From: Caecitellus pseudoparvulus
Lineage: Eukaryota; Protista; Bigyra: Bicosoecida
Assembly: GCA_965644315.1 (NCBI GenBank)
Contig: CBFFRQ010000068.1
Coordinates: 1,054,001-1,118,000 of the forward strand
Length of the DNA: 64,000 bases
Reading direction: 5' to 3'
Positions 30,901 to 41,412 of the stretch are shown here, piece after piece. The notes below the pieces were generated by a model that was not told the DNA's origin, ran no database searches, and was given only the letters and a program-made list of their open reading frames with translations. The number at the start of each line of letters is the position of its first letter. The stretch's first letter is position 1. A program made the position numbers and the translations under genes.

Positions 30901-31730
30901 TACCGCTTCTGCTTGATGCGAACTTGGCGCAGGCGATACTTGTCGCGTGGGCGGGCGACACGTTTCTGCTTGCCACCATAGATGTGCTTGGCCACAGACA
31001 GCCGTGCGGTGATGAGCTCTTGGGCGCCACGCATGCCTTTGTTGTGCCCGTACCCCAACTTCCGTAGGGTGGCGGGGGTCAGGTTTGGCAGCTCTTTGGT
31101 GCGCAGGGCTTGACTCAGGAGTGTTGCTGAAGAGTCCACCTGCCTCATGTCACGCAGCCTGCCACGGTTTGGGCCACGCCGGTTACCCCAATGCTTCCGG
31201 CCGCTCCGGGCAGCCGGTGCACGGGCACCATGGGCAACCATGGCGCCAGCTGCGGAAAGGGAGCCGCTGGACCGAATCCCAGCGCCAGACGCGGCATGGG
31301 GAACACCTGGCATGGGAGGTCGGACGCCCTCTTCTGCGAAGACGGGCAGGGCAACCGGGGCTGGTGGTGATGTTGGGCAGCGTAACTTCGGCGTTTCTTC
31401 GAGGTGAGGGGGGGGACTTCGTGTGGGCTATGTGAAGCACTCACGGTGATACTTTGACTCGCTGTAGCTCATGTAGGCAGCTTGCTCTCCTAGAAACGCA
31501 TCCAGGCTGTCCGCATCTGTCGCTGAGGAGCCCCCGGACCGCCCGGCCCGGCGTCGTGCACTGGCCATCTGGTGGTTGGCACGTGCTCCGAGCGATTCTG
31601 GCATATGGGAGGAGGAGGGCCGAGAAAATGCATATGGAGCGCCTGGTATCACGCCACAGCACAGGCCACAAGGCCCTGCACGGCATGGGGTGCTTTGCGT
31701 ACGACGAGACACTTCGATGGCATGCATGTC
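18931..31730 (-). CDS. Giant (~4,200 aa) protein: basic N-terminus, ~14 C2-like domains, 2 IQ motifs, 4 dynein-stalk MTBD-like modules; split by a 1-bp frameshift at ~28444-28449; start uncertain
   Basis: ORFs 28434-31313 and 18931-28437 are continuous in repeat register. A phase-1 intron 31444-31334 (GTGAGT..TCGCAG) joins the upstream ORF 31428-31742 in frame. IQAAWRGHVARK and IQAAARGMLGR are present. Confidence 0.85.
23575..29570. repeat. 519-bp (173-aa) coding tandem array, ~11.5 periods with 12 C2-like cores, near-identical
   Basis: Equivalent positions recur at 23722, 24241, 24760, 25279, 25798, 26317, 26836, 27355, 27874, 28393, 28911 and 29430 (spacing 519, once 518). Confidence 0.98.
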
Positions 31731-32146
31731 GCTGAGCGACATTGGGCCACAGGCCGCACAAGGTCACGCACCGCGCTTGAAGCAACTTCAGCTCAAAGAG
31801 TGTCTGGATTGGAAATGTGCATCCGTTCGAGATCGTGCTGACCATGTAGTGTGAATGATTTATGACTGTCTCTCGCTATTGCCAGGCTTCACTCCACGAA
31901 GCAGGGGCTCGCCTTCAGCAAACCGCTCGGAGCAGCAACATACAAAATTGCGGCCCCAAAGTTGGCACTCCGGATCACTCCATGCCGTCACTATCTCTCT
32001 GCTCTTCTTATTCACCCTGTCTGCGGTTCCACTGGCGAACCAGCTGTCTGCGCTGGAGTGGCAATTTCCGCCCCAACGCCAACGCGCATGAGCGGTGGCG
32101 GAATGCTGCACTGAAGTGGTGAGAGCCGGTTTCATCGGACGGCATC

Positions 32147-33873
32147 ATGTCTTACAACAGTATTGCGAATCCTGCGGTGTGGACGCTGGCAGGGTTGTAT
32201 GCTGCCGTATTTGCGCTGACTCTGGCTCAAGTGGTGGGCATCGTCAAGGCTCGTCACAACCTTCGATCGTTCCTGTTCGTCTTTCTCCTCCTGGTGGGCG
32301 TGTACATTCCACTCCGAGCAGTTATAATATTTGCAAACGACACTGACTCCACTAGCCCCGTCATCATCTTGTACTTGCTCCCCATCAGCCTGCAAATCAT
32401 GGCCTTCTCTCTGTGGGCGCTGTGGTTCAGCACGGTTGAGGGAGGGTGGAGGTGCGTTTGAGCCTGCTGCAGAGTTCTGCTTCCACGAGCACTGTCACCC
32501 CTACTTGGCTGTACAGGGAATGCGGCGTTCGCCAGTGCCGGCTGCCCATCAACTTCTGGGTCTTCGTGTTGGCCAACACGGCGTGCTTGGCGTTGAACGT
32601 GCTTGTCATCGTCACCACACTCATGAACACCAGCAGCGGCCGCTTGATTCAAATCAGTATTCAACTGCAGCAAGCCTTCACAGCTGCTTCGTTTTTAGCG
32701 CTGGCTGCCATTCTGGCTGCGTACACTATTCGCTTCGCAAACCTGCCTGCCGCCCAGTACAGCCGAAGTGTCTTGCCGAGGCGCCCAGCTGTGCTTGTGT
32801 CTCTGTCTACGTCCCTGGTGCTCATATTTGCCTTGAGGGCCATATATGAGACGCTTGCCTCTTCGCTGGTGTGGCAGCTGCGTCCCTTCCCGCCTCTCCT
32901 GTGGTCTCACGCGGCGTTCTTCGTCCTCTTTGACCTGGTGCCCCTCGCCATCGCACTGTCACTCACCATCCGCATCCCGCCACCGCCCACCAAGGATGTT
33001 GCATGGGGTGCTGCTCCATCCATCCCATTCGACGAAGGCTCGCTCCAGATGGAGCCCGCGGATCTGCTCCAGGCTGCGCTGTTGGGCACACAGGAAGATG
33101 AGCAAGGTGCCCTTGAAAGTGGAAATGGTCGTCCAGCTCAGGCAGCCGATAAAGGCAACCACGAAAGCCGAACAGCTCCCGGTACGGGCGGCCTTGATCA
33201 GTCAGCATCTGGTGCCTTTCCGGGTCTGTCGCCGCCGCTGGGGCCCGCCGTGCCAAACCTCCCCCACGTGCTGAGTCACACCAGCCTGCGCTCGGCAGAC
33301 AGCACCTCCAGCGCCGAAGAGACGCGTCTTATGCTCCCTGGTTCGTACCGGTACAAGGGCATGGAGTCACCGACCCGGTCGATGCCAAACGCAGCCCTGG
33401 CTGGGAGCTTCGTTGGATACCCCGCCAGCGCCAGCTCCAGCTGGGGAGTGCAGCACGCCACATCAAGCGGGCAGGCACATAGCTGGAACACACGCTCTAG
33501 GTTACGCAGCACGAGTGAGGAAGCTACTGATGCTGCCGGGCAAGGGGCTGGCGTGTATGACAGTGGACAGCACATGCTGCAAGCTGACCGCTACGACGTG
33601 CCCGTACAGGGTTCATCGCGCAGCATGTCTCATAGAGGCGATTCTCGCGGGAGCGGCCTTGCCATGGCTGCTTTGCCTGACACTGCTGCACTGCGCCAAA
33701 CCCCGACCCAAGGCACCGCGCTGGACGCGCTGACTCTGCCGTCACCTGCGTTGGTAATCGCCACACCCAGCCAGAGTGGCATGAGGACAGCATCCCCCCA
33801 CGGCCTTTCTCACGCTGATGCTGTCGGGTCTTTGTATGAGGAGAGTCCCTCAGCCACGAATTTGATGGGTTAG
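32147..33873 (+). CDS. Multi-pass (~7 TM) membrane protein, TOM1/THH1/GPR137-like, with long Ser-rich tail; at least one intron
   Basis: Hydrophobic helices in ORFs 32147-32461 and 32446-33873; LYLLPISLQIMAFSL, LIFALRAIYE and FFVLFDLVP resemble GPR137/TOM1 family motifs. Confidence 0.7.
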
Positions 33874-34131
33874 GGTTATGCTGCGGTCTGGCAGCGCAGC
33901 GACACGGCGAAGCCCCGTGTTGCCGAACGTGTGCCCTTCTTGAGTAGCCAACAACCATCATAATTCAATTACCCTACTCTAGCCCCTGAGCATGTTGTAC
34001 GAGCGCAGGTTCGTGTCTGGACCTCTCAAAGATTTCATTTCCCGCACGTTGAGGCAAGCCAGCGCAACGGCACTGGGGCCGTTGCTGGCCACGCGCGCGC
34101 GGCCTGAGCAACCCCCGGGTTCATAGACACC

Positions 34132-37100
34132 ATGGCAGCATCTTCAGCTGTATCAGTCCGCGATACCCTCCTTGGCCTCTCTGCCAGTGATGCAGATGCC
34201 CGGATTTCGGCGCTGCGCACGCTGGCCAGCCTCTCAACTTCCGCACATGGCCTCACCAAGCTGCTTGCAGACAGCACCTCCTTGCCCCGCATGTGCTTCT
34301 TCGTGGCAGGGTTAGCAGAGAGCCCTGTCTTGGTGGATAAAGAGACGGCGACGCTTTCTCTTTCCATCCTTTGGGCGATGCTACAGAGCGATGGTACGCT
34401 TGCCTGCACGCAGCGCTGGCCCTGGCACAGGGCATACGTAGGCCTCCTCCTCGCAGATTCGCTGGCAAAAGCCATCGCAGCGGAGTGTGGTTCGCGCCCA
34501 ATTATGTTGGCATTGAAGATTTCAGAAGCTGATGCTCAGATTGCCATCCCTGCGTTTCACCTGCTGCGGAGGCTGGACAAGCTCGGTAAGCCCAGCGACC
34601 ATCTTGACCTGCGCTTCTCCTCGCACCGTGCTTTGCCCCGCTCTCGTCCAGAGAAGGGCACGGCTATGACAGCTCGCTTGGAAGGGTGTCTGGACCTCCT
34701 GCTGGAGTGCCTGGCCTTGGAGCCTGCACCACCGGCGCTTGCTATGGAGCTGCACGCTGCTTGCGTACAGCTCCTCGCAGCCTATTGCAAGTCGAACGGT
34801 GAGAGGACCGCCCTGCGTGCGTGGATCAAAGTGCTGCTGTAGTTCCTTATGCTGCTCTCCTTCCCCAGACAACAATATGCGCCTGTTTGTGCGCAAGTAT
34901 GGCATCTCGCAGCTGCTCGAGCTCCTCCCTGCTGCGACGGCTGCAAGTCAGTCACCCCTGCATGGCCTCGCTGCACGCTTCGTCGAAGGGACCTTCCAGC
35001 TATTCGCTGCTGCCTGCAAGAATGAAGCGTACTTGCACGCCCTTCTAGGTGTAGATGGTGCCTGCCAGTCAATCACGTTGGCCTTGGACGCTTGCGCAAT
35101 GTTTCCGCAAGCCGCAAGGTTTGGTTGTACGCTTCTCGCGACTCTCAGCTCACATGACGTGGCATGCGAAGAGCTTTGGGCGGCAAAGGCACCTTCCATG
35201 CTCTGGCGCATCATCCTCGATTACGCGCTGCACGGGGCCCTTGCACCCGGCAGCGGAGCACAACCTGAGCCAGCGTCAGGTCGGGTATGGAACTCTCCAC
35301 CCACTGCAGTCCAAGGCCGGGTGGTCATGAAAGGTGCAACTGGAGCCATGTGGGCGCTGCTATCTTCCCCTCCGCCTTCAGTCGTAGCTGGCTCGGCTCT
35401 GGCAACAGAGGGTGCAGATGTCTGGACGCCCCTCGCGTCGCGGTACAAATTGCCGGCTGCGCTTCCAACTCAGCTGGCAGCCTTGGGCCCGGAAAACGCG
35501 CAGCACTTTTCCCCTGCGAGATTTTCCCACTTCCATTCCTCCACCCTGGCTGGCCCTGGTGGTACGCCGCCCAGCATGACGCACCAACTTTCGCTGCATT
35601 TAGGTGAGTCTGCCGTTCCTTCACCGCTGCCACCAGGCATTCTGATCACGTCAACAACAGGGTCCAAGCAAATGCGTGGGCCAGGTGGCATCAGCTTCAA
35701 TTCTGCCCGTGTGTGGGCGCTGCCTGCTCGCTATTTGCACGCATTGCCAACCACTTTGGATCCGCTGCTGGCGCACTCAGCGACGGCGAGCAGCGTATGG
35801 AGGCGGGAATGCGTGGGCGTAGGGCAGATCTCTGGTTCTGCGAGTCACAGGGGGGCCGTATCATGGCATGCTATTCTCCCTGGTGCATGGAAGACGCTGA
35901 TTCTGCAGCACGCACGCGCACCTGGCCTGCCATCCACTCCGCGCTCCTCAGAGCTTGGGCAGGACAAGGACGGCGGCGACGGCGAGGAGGGGGGTGACCT
36001 CGCCCATGGCTTGGGAAGTAGCGGTGCGCTACTGGCGGCAGTTGTCTCGCGTGCAGCTGTGTCCCATCCAGCTGCAGTGCACGGGGGTGGAAACGTCGGG
36101 CCCGGTGCGCGACCCTTTCCTGACGCGGACTTGACCTCGGCCAAGTCTGCAGCAGCGGCGCTGGCGGATGCAGCGAGCAAGCTGAGCCAAGAACTCCTCA
36201 CAGTGTCATCATTTGTCCCCCGAAGTGCCACTGACACACCCTGCTCTGTCGGGCTGGACGCAGCTGGCACGGACGCGTCCAGCGCGGCGGAGCAAACGGG
36301 GGAGGGAGTGGCAAGTGGTCCCCGGCCGGCAAGCTCCCCTGCTGAGGAGGTTGGAGATTTCGTACCGCCGAGGCTGGCAGTCAGTGATGTGAGAGATGGG
36401 GCCAGTGCCCACCTCGGTGCCGGTGCCCTGTCGCTTGAGGGCGAGGGCATAGTGCAAAGCCTTGAACCTGGCAGCAGTCGAACTGCGGCTTCAAGCATCG
36501 CTTCCGGTAGCCCTGGCTCTGAGCACTCACAGGAGTCAGATCCTGCCGCATCTCTCCCTGTTGTGCACAGTGTTCGTGGCAAGCAGCGTCTTCGTGGCTC
36601 ACGCTCGTCAGGCTCGCTCAAAAGCGCGGGCAAGACGGTTCTTGGCGGCCTGCCGACTGCCGCCAGTGCCCCAATGCCGTCTCCAGCACCAGATGGCCCG
36701 ACTTACCCGGCGTGCTCAGCATTCAAGGCAGAGGAGGTGCCAAGCCCGGCCAGTCCTCCATATGATCCGAGTTGTGAGACGTGGGCCCATGTTCCGCACT
36801 GGTTCCCAGAGCTGCAACTTGACGCCGCAGTGGACGCATTTGCACGCTTAGCCTGGCGAGACGGAGAGCAGAATGCTGCGGCTTGGGCACATGCCTTGGC
36901 ATCTGCCTCACCTGCGTCGGACACAAAGCCGGGCTGCCTCATGTCCTTCCTGTGGCAGAACTTTCCTCACCTTGCGCCAGTGGACGCTGCAGAGAGCCTT
37001 TTCGCCGAGGGGGGCCAGTCTCCAACACAATGGGCCTGGCACTGTCTCCCGGGACCGCGCAGCACACCCGTGCTGCTTCCCGCAGTGGTGGCGGATGTCA

Positions 37101-40100
37101 CCATCCCTGACAGCGAACAGGTAGCAGCACCCCTTGGCGCGCCTCTGCCCGCGTGGGGCACTCAAGTCACCCAGCCACCTGCATTTCCAAGCCCACACGA
37201 AGTGCCACGTTTTCCTCCGCATGTCTTCTTGACCCCCAGTGGCATCGCCACCACGCGCGCTTGGACTCTGCGGGCTTCCCAGATTCCGTCAGTGCTGCAA
37301 GCTGGCCCCCCTCCACCCTTGACCCTGGAGCACATGGTGCCTGTCGCTCAAGAGCAACGACAAGTCTTGGGGCAACGCCTAATGCTCAGATCTGTGGCCC
37401 GCATCGTCAAGGCCCTCGGGTTGGCAGGCATGGTGGCGCCGCCGACTGGGCAGTCTGAGCACGTGGTGTACAACGTTTACGGGGCTGAGGAGGGCACAGG
37501 GGCTTGCACGGTTGACTTGCCGGTGGGTCCTTTGGCCCCCGCCATCCCCACGCAGGCATGGGCCGGGGTGTGTGCCGCGTATGCAACTCAGATCTACGAC
37601 ACAGAGTTGGGGCCAGAGATCAGTCCCCCCTTGCCTCTCTCGCGGCTGGGGGTCGCGATGGTGCAGGGGTCACCCCCCGCATCGGGCGGGCAGAGAGGAC
37701 AGGCCGTGGCTGGTGACGAGGACGACGATGAAGATGATGAGGACGATGAAGCGGGGCGTGGTGAGGGGGGAGGTGGGGGGAGCCGCGGCGGGGGGATAGG
37801 CAAGGGCTTGGAGGCCGGGGAGGAGGAGGAGGAGTATGCGTCTGCCCCTGAGGATGTCCAGGACGAAGAAGGGCGAGATGACTCTGGGGCGGTTACGCTG
37901 TCCCCTGTGCCGCCGCGGCAGGGCGTCGTCAGCCCAGGTAGCCTGCTGGCGTCGTCCGGCCGCGAGCCGACACAGGGCAGCGCAAGCATGCCGGGCGACG
38001 AGCTGGAGGCGTTTCCCCGGCCGCAGTATGAGACTGATGAAGCCACGCTTGGTCGGGCCATTGCCGTGGATATCTCATCCATCACAGCAGCAGATTCGAC
38101 TGCGCAGGAGCCTTGGCCAGCCTGCCTCCATTTTGAGTCGCGATTTGAGAGTGGAAACCTCCGCTCAGCAACGCGAGTCGGCCCGCGAGAGTATGAACTC
38201 GCCCTTGAGCCAGACACAAACACCTGCCGACACACACAGTGGTTCTTTTTTGCGGTGTCGGGCATGGAAACCGAGTCACAGCCAGACTCCATGTGGCGGG
38301 GGCAAGATGTGCAGCCCGTGTACACGTTCCACCTGGTGAACTTGGAGAAGACAGATTCCTCGTATAACCATGGCATGCGCCCGGTTGTCTTCTTCGTCGG
38401 TGAGGACGACACGACGTCATCGGTGCCGCTGTGGGAGGCATGGGAACAGCGGGGGGACACTGCGGCCAGCGAGCTGGCCGGGCGCTTCCCCATCCTGCAG
38501 AGCAGCAGGCGTTTGTGGTTGCCGCCCATTCCAGGCGCTGGCTGGCGTCGAGCTGGGGAAGGCATCGTGTACTACCAAAACCACTACAGCAAGGTGAAGA
38601 AGATGCCGATATTGAGCCGTGTTGAGCTGCCTGGCAAGGGCGTGGATGAGGGGGAAGTGGACGAAGATGCAGAGGACGAAGACGACGAGGAAGGTGACAG
38701 CGACGGGGCAGAGGGGCCTGTCTTGGCCAAGGCAGGCGATGCCCCGGTCTCCCGGCTCTACACTGAGACGTTCAACATCACCTTCCCTGCGGGGACGAAG
38801 GCTGCCTTCCTCGCGTACTGCTTCCCCTACACCTACACTGACTTGAGTTTGGACATTTGCAGGTGGAGGTGGCGGTGTGAGCGTGTGTCCGGGGGCCAGA
38901 CAGTGGGGATCACAGAGCTTGCACATCCCCCCATGCCAGACTGCTCCGATTCTGGCGCATCGCCCTCCACAGCACAGCTGCAGGAGCGCCAAGACGGGCC
39001 GTGTGCTCTGGCTAGCCACCTTAGGCACGATCCTGTGCACAGCAGCTCCGGCAAGGGCCGCTTCCCGGGAGCCTTGGGTTCTGCCGGCACACATGTGCCG
39101 CTGGGGTCCACCTTCTCTAGCAAGATTATGGTTGAGAGCATGCTTTGTCGAAGCATCAGTGGAAACGCCTTGCCTCTCCTGACCATCACTGACTTCGGGG
39201 ATGGGGTAGCTGGCGCAGCTAGCGGCGCGGTACCTGTCATTCCCACTCCTGCCGCACCTATCCCTGCCGCAGGCGCCCCACTGCATCTGCGCCCAGTCGT
39301 GGTGCTTTCAGGGCGTGTGCACCCCGGCGAGACCAATGCCTCGTGGATGATGCGGGGGGTGCTGGATATGCTGACGTCTTCGTCCCCAATTGCCGCGGCA
39401 TCCCGCTCGCGGGCTGTGTGGAAGGTCGTGCCCTTCCTGAACCCCGACGGAGTTATCAATGGGCATCACCGCACCAACCTTGCCGGGGTGGACCTGAACC
39501 GGCACTGGTCCACGCCTACCCCGTCTGTTGCCCCCACCGTGTGGCACTTGAAGCGACTTCTTCATACAGTGCAGCGCCGCGGCCGATTGGTCCTGTACTG
39601 TGACTTCCATGGGCACTCGAGGCGGAAGAACATCTTCACCTTTGGCTGTGAGGTTTCCGTTAGCACTGCTGGGCCGGCAGCTGCTAAGGACGCCGCTGGC
39701 TGGTCTGCTTGGGTGCAGAAGGTGTTCCCTGCCCTCCTGGCTGCACGGGCTGACGACTTTGCCATGAAGAACTGCGCGTTCAAGGTGCAAAAGAGCAAGG
39801 CCAGCTGCGCCCGCGTGGCTGCGTGGCGGGATACGCCCATGGTGAACTCTTTCACGATTGAGGCATCCTTCGCAGGAGCCGACCAAGGCGCACACGGAGG
39901 CTGCCACTTCTCCACACAGCACTATGAGGAAATGGGGCATCACTTCGTTGCTTCTATGCACGACCTCATGGCTTTGTACCATGACCTACCCATCGCAGGG
40001 TCTGTGGCTGGCGTGGGGCCACAACAGCCCACGGCAGGCTCGGCTTTGGAGGCGCTGGTGTCACTGCCCACTGAAGCTGCCCGGACAGGAGCCTCCTTCG

Positions 40101-40990
40101 CCAAGGCATGTGTTCCTCCACCCCACGTCCTGCGGGGCAGTGCCCCGTGCCCCCCTAGCGCCAGCTGCGCGTCCCTTCTGAAGCACCTGAGCCTGCCGAA
40201 CAGTGCGCTGGCTGCCCTGGCTGGGACTGCCCCCATGTCAGCTCTGGCGGCAGCCTTCGGTCCCAGCCTGGCAACGTGGCCGCTCTTCCTGCCTAGCTTG
40301 CCTGAAGCCGATGTGCAGGTCATGTGCTCCACTGCTGCCTCGGTAACGGCGAGCCTCGCTGGCTGGTGTGAGGGCGCGGAAGACATGGGTGCTGGCGCGT
40401 TTCCCTGGCCGCTGGTCCTGGCACCCTTCAAGAATCTTCCCTTGGGGGGCGTGGCCGACTTGATGGCTACACTGAAGCTCGCACCCAAGTCCCGTGGCGC
40501 ACAAGCAGCTGCGGAGGAAAACCCTGCCCAAGGTGAAGCAGCCAGCACTCTCTCCCGGCGAAGCTCCAAAGCTGCACTACCCAAGGCACGCTCGTCGGCG
40601 AGCATGCGCAGTGCAGGTGCGCTTTCGGGCACCGGGGGTAGCACTCCGCGAAGTTTAGGAGTCGGTGGCGAGCTGGCGGGCCTTGTGTCATCCTGGCTGC
40701 GCGCGGGGGCGCCTAGTGCCAAGACTCCGCTGTTGATGCCCACAGCCATGGCCCGTGCCATCAAGACTTGTGCCGGCCTTGCCAAGGCGGCCGCCCAGGC
40801 TGCAAAGAAGAGTGTAGGCAGGAAGAAGCGTGTGGCCAAGAAGGGCGCAGGACGGACACGGCAGGCCCGGCGAACGCCCACAAAGCGCCCCACCACGGGT
40901 GGCAAAGGCAAGAAAGGCACCACTAAAAAGAAGAAACCCGTGCCAAGCGGCACGCCCAAGAAGCGGGTCGCCGCAGGAGCCGGTACGTAG
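34132..40990 (+). CDS. Cytosolic carboxypeptidase (M14D, CCP1/Nna1-like tubulin deglutamylase) with N-terminal ARM-like region; introns in the 5' part
   Basis: FESRFESGNL, HTQWFFF, AYCFPYTYTDL, RVHPGE, PFLNPDGV, DLNRHW, DFHGHS and SFTIEAS give the complete zinc and catalytic set; Lys/Arg-rich tail. Confidence 0.93.
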
Positions 40991-41073
40991 GTGGCGTTGT
41001 TTGCCTTAGGAGGCAGCAAGTCCACCTCCAGTGCCTTGGCAGCAGCCCCGGGGCGCTCAATCCGCTGGTGGCC

Positions 41074-41407
41074 ATGCCACGCAATGTATTGAAGGCCAAC
41101 TTGCCTACGAAGCTCTGCCAAGTGTGTGGGCGCCCGTTTACGTGGCGCAAGAAGTGGGAGCGAGGTGCGCAAAGGTGCTCATCTGACGTCACGCATACCA
41201 AATACCGCACCTTGCCCCCGCTTTGCAGATTGGGAGCACGTTACTGTCTGCTCAAAGCGGTGCAAGAGCGCGAAAAGGCGCCCGAGTCTACATGAGCAAG
41301 TGCATTTCTCTGCGGCAGCTGCAGCAGCCGCAGTGGCGGGGCCTACGCTGGTCCTCGACACTGAAGAAGAGGTGCCCTGCATACCTCACAACGAGCCGCA
41401 GCGGTAG
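41074..41407 (+). CDS. DUF2256-family small Cys4 protein; intron 41165-41228
   Basis: Spliced product [43 protein letters not shown] matches the DUF2256 signature (LP.K.C..C.RPF.WRKKW...W..V.YCS.RC); 64-nt GTGCGC..TTGCAG intron. Confidence 0.9.
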
Positions 41408-41412
41408 GAGGC

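Noticed and set aside
9048-40990. A cytoskeletal gene cluster (formin, giant MTBD-like protein, tubulin deglutamylase)
   Set aside because: Interspersed with unrelated genes in mixed orientation; no evidence of co-regulation, and such genes are common in flagellates
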